Both the position numbers and the translations under genes were made by a program. From Eledone cirrhosa (lineage: Eukaryota): 64,000 nt of DNA. The stretch spans positions 34,658,001 through 34,722,000 of the forward strand of contig OZ024759.1 of assembly GCA_964016885.1 (NCBI GenBank), written 5' to 3'. The notes under the pieces are model-generated. The model made no database searches, was not told the DNA's origin, and was given only the letters and a program-made list of their open reading frames with translations. This document shows positions 60,071 to 64,000 of the stretch, one piece after another (position 1 is the stretch's first letter; the number at the start of each line of letters is the position of its first letter).

Positions 60071-61186
60071 CTCTCACAATTGACCTGTTTAATCTGACCT
60101 TGATAATTTGGTAACCAATGGCGAAAGACGTTATAGCCGTCTTATCTCTTAAGCAGATATTTCACACTCGCACAGATCATCATCGTCATCGTCATCATCA
60201 TCGTCATCATCATCGCCATCACCATCATCACCACCACCACCGTCATCACCACCATCACCATTATCATCGTCATCACCATCATCATCATCATCACCACCAC
60301 CACCGTCATCACCACCATCACCATTATCATCATCACCGTCATCTTCTATTCCCCCCACGCTAGCATGGGTTAGACGGGGGGGGGGGGTCATGTGACCATA
60401 TCTTTCTCATCCATTTCATATTCATTTATTTATTTACTTATTTATTGAAGACACGAGGTAGATCTGGCTACTATTTCTAGCAGGTCAACAATAGGTTCTG
60501 TCAGTGATTGATTTTCTTGTCTAACATTTGATTGGAAATAAGTTTTTATTTATTGGGGGTTTTTTTGCTATTTTTTTTGTATATTTTTTATGGTGGCGGG
60601 GGGGGGGGTATTTATTATTTTTGTTGTTTATTTCATTTATTAAAACATCTTGGTCAGCTTTCAGGAAAGTCACTGACCGTTAGCTGTATATAATATATTT
60701 GATTTCTTAATATGAATACATGTTGAGAGAGGGGGGGGGGATAGGGAGAGAGAAGGGATAGGGAGAGAGAAGGGATAGGGAGAGAGAAGAGATAGAGAGA
60801 GAAAATGGAGAGAAGAGATAGAGAGGGAAAGCTAGATGGAGAGATATAGAGAGAGGGGGATAGGTAGAGAGAGGGAGAGATGGAGAGGGAGGGATAAAGA
60901 GATAGAGGAGGAATATAGAGAGAGACGGGGGGGGATAGAGAGGGAGAGATAGAGATGGGAAGGTGAAGGGAGATGAGGACAGATAGTGAGGGCGAGAAGA
61001 GGGATAAGAGAGATAGGGAGAGGACAGAGATGAGGGATAGATAGAGGGAAAGTTTGGAGAGCTGGTGGGGGGGAAGATATAGTAGACAGAAGAAGGATCT
61101 ATATATATAATAGTACAGCATATTCGAAGTTCGATCAGCAGCCAAGTCAACGAATGCCTTCAGTAGTGGAGCCAAGCACTCGACAA

Positions 61187-61502
61187 TATATATATATAGA
61201 GAGAGAGAGAGACATAGAGAAGGGGGAGCTGTAGGGAGGGAAGATATAGTAGAGAGAAGAGGAATATATATATATAGAGAGAGAGAGAGAGACATAGAGA
61301 GGGGGGAGCTGTAGGGAGGGAAGATATAGTAGAGAGAAGAGGAATATATATATATAGAGAGAGAGAGAGAGACATAGAGAGGGGGAGCTGTAGAGAGGGA
61401 AGATATAGTAGAGAGAAGAGGAATATATATATATAGAGAGAGAGAGAGAGACATAGAGAGGGGGGAGCTGTAGGGAGGGAAGATATAGTAGAGAGAAGAG
61501 GA

Positions 61503-61533
<31 letters not shown>

Positions 61534-61743
61534 CATAGAGAGGGGGGAGCTGTAGGGAGGGAAGATATAGTAGAGAGAAGAGGAATATATATATATAGAG
61601 AGAGAGAGAGAGACATAGAGAGGGGGAGCTGTAGAGAGGGAAGATATAGTAGAGAGAAGAGGAATATATATATATAGAGAGAGAGAGAGAGACATAGAGA
61701 GGGGGGAGCTGTAGGGAGGGAAGATATAGTAGAGAGAAGAGGA

Positions 61744-61774
<31 letters not shown>

Positions 61775-61825
61775 CATAGAGAGGGGGGAGCTGTAGGGAG
61801 GGAAGATATAGTAGAGAGAAGAGGA

Positions 61826-61858
<33 letters not shown>

Positions 61859-61908
61859 CATAGAGAGGGGGAGCTGTAGAGAGGGAAGATATAGTAGAGA
61901 GAAGAGGA

Positions 61909-61939
<31 letters not shown>

Positions 61940-61990
61940 CATAGAGAGGGGGGAGCTGTAGGGAGGGAAGATATAGTAGAGAGAAGAGGA

Positions 61991-62023
<33 letters not shown>

Positions 62024-62074
62024 CATAGAGAGGAGGGAGCTGTAGGGAGGGAAGATATAGTAGAGAGAAGAGGA

Positions 62075-62105
<31 letters not shown>

Positions 62106-62155
62106 CATAGAGAGGGGGAGCTGTAGAGAGGGAAGATATAGTAGAGAGAAGAGGA

Positions 62156-62186
<31 letters not shown>

Positions 62187-62237
62187 CATAGAGAGGGGGG
62201 AGCTGTAGGGAGGGAAGATATAGTAGAGAGAAGAGGA

Positions 62238-62270
<33 letters not shown>

Positions 62271-62401
62271 CATAGAGAGGAGGGAGCTGTAGGGAGGGAA
62301 GATATAGTAGAGAGAAGAGGAATATATATATATATATAGAGAGAGAGAGACATAGAGAGGAGGGAGCTGTAGGGAGGGAAGATATAGTAGAGAGAAGAGG
62401 A

Positions 62402-62432
<31 letters not shown>

Positions 62433-62561
62433 CATAGAGAGGAGGGAGCTGTAGGGAGGGAAGATATAGTAGAGAGAAGAGGAATATATATATATATATA
62501 GAGAGAGAGAGACATAGAGAGGGGGGAGCTGTAGAGAGGGAAGATATAGTAGAGAGAAGAG

Positions 62562-62594
<33 letters not shown>

Positions 62595-62725
62595 CATAGA
62601 GAGGAGGGAGCTGTAGGGAGGGAAGATATAGTAGAGAGAAGAGGAATATATATATATATAGAGAGAGAGAGAGACATAGAGAGGAGGGAGCTGTAGGGAG
62701 GGAAGATATAGTAGAGAGAAGAGGA

Positions 62726-62758
<33 letters not shown>

Positions 62759-62887
62759 CATAGAGAGGGGGGAGGTGTAGGGAGGGAAGATATAGTAGAG
62801 AGAAGAGGAATATATATATATATAGAGAGAGAGAGAGACATAGAGAGGGGGGAGCTGTAGGGAGGGAAGATATAGTAGAGAGAAGAG

Positions 62888-62921
<34 letters not shown>
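61187..62921. repeat. Compound minisatellite, about 65-70-bp unit with variable (TA)n(GA)n
   Basis: Unit CATAGAGAGGGGGGAGCTGTAGGGAGGGAAGATATAGTAGAGAGAAGAGGAA(TA)n(GA)n; roughly 25 copies. Confidence 0.95.
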
Positions 62922-62923
<2 letters not shown>

Positions 62924-63049
62924 GAGGGGGTATTCTACTTCCCTGTTGACTATAATTTGTCCATGTCTTAACAATCCCTAGTTTTAGATTAATAAAGAGC
63001 CAATATAAAATGAATGTATTTCCACTAAATATCTGACATAAATCAAACG

Positions 63050-63138
<89 letters not shown>

Positions 63139-63725
63139 CCTCCTCTCTTTCTCCCTCCTCTCTTTCTCCAACTCTATCTTTCCGCTCCCTTCCTCTATCT
63201 CGATCTCTCACCACTTTCCCTCTCTCTCTGCTCTCTCTCCATCTCTCTCCCCACTCTTCCTCTATCTCTTTCTCTCACCCCTTTCGCAATCTATTTCTCT
63301 CTCTCTCTCTCTCTCCTCCCTTCCTCTATCTCTTTCTTTCTCTTTCTTTCTTTCCCCTCTCTCTCTCCTTCTTCCCCTCCCTTCCTCTATTTCTATCTCC
63401 CTCTCCTCTTCTCCTCTCTGTATCTTTCACCTCCCTTCCTCTGTCTCTATCTCCCTCTCCCTCTCTATCTCTATATTTCCCCTCCCTTCCTCTATTTCTA
63501 TCTTCCTCTTCTCCTCTCCCACTCCTTCTCTCCCTATCTCTCTCTCTCTCTCTCTCTATCTCTGTCTATCTATCTATCTATCTCTCTCACTCTCTCTCTA
63601 TCTTTCCCCTCCTTTCCTCTATTTCCATCTCCCTCTCCTCCTCTCCCTCTCCCTCTCTCTCTCTCTCTATCTTTCACCCCTCTTTCTCTCTCTCACTCCC
63701 ATCCACTTCCTACTTCTACTTTCAC

Positions 63726-63854
63726 CCTCCTGGGAAATCACGGTCTTCGCAAGGAATTGCTTTCTTCAGCCATTGACAATCTTGTAGAATATTGCTTTGG
63801 CGTTCACCATCAAACGACCAATACTTGATCACTTCTGTGTCGGTGGCGGAAATA
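63726..63854 (-). CDS. Candidate internal coding exon, unknown protein
   Basis: Acceptor TCTATCTTTACACAG; 129-nt symmetric exon with one open frame ISATDTEVIKYWSFDGERQSNILQDCQWLKKAIPCEDRDFPG; weak donor GTGAAA. Confidence 0.4.
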
Positions 63855-64000
63855 CTGTGTAAAGATAGAGTAGCGGGGAAAAACTGATTACGTTTGCAAT
63901 GGCGGGAAAACTGTGGTGTCCAGCAGCCATACTTAACTTATATCATCTTACCGTCCTTGTTGTTGCTGTTGTTGTTGTTGTTGGTGTTGGTGTTGTTGTT

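Noticed and set aside
63735-63772. Minus-strand CTGAAGA-GCAA/TTGC-GAAG hammerhead-like motif
   Set aside because: GAAG instead of GAAA, no stem I; lies in a candidate exon

Overview
Eukaryotic, very AT-rich, microsatellite-saturated intronic or intergenic DNA with one 200-N gap. The SINE repertoire and (TA)n/(GT)n/(GA)n/(TAG)n density suggest a coleoid cephalopod such as an octopus (inference). Almost every ORF in the track is a microsatellite artefact. No complete gene is visible; there are only a few weak minus-strand candidate exons. Real content: tRNA-derived SINEs, 3' fragments of several LINE clades (RTE-like, R4/Dong-like RLE, Ingi/Nimb-like), small DNA-transposon MITEs, and minisatellites. 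The most striking signal is a dispersed set of short (100-300 bp) elements, most embedded in (TA)n, that carry type I hammerhead-ribozyme cores (CUGANGA...GAAA...NUH). One family shows compensatory stem I changes. These elements recur as fold-back palindromes, consistent with non-autonomous Penelope-like (pseudo-LTR/retrozyme-type) retroelements. All structures and coordinates were read by eye and need computational confirmation.
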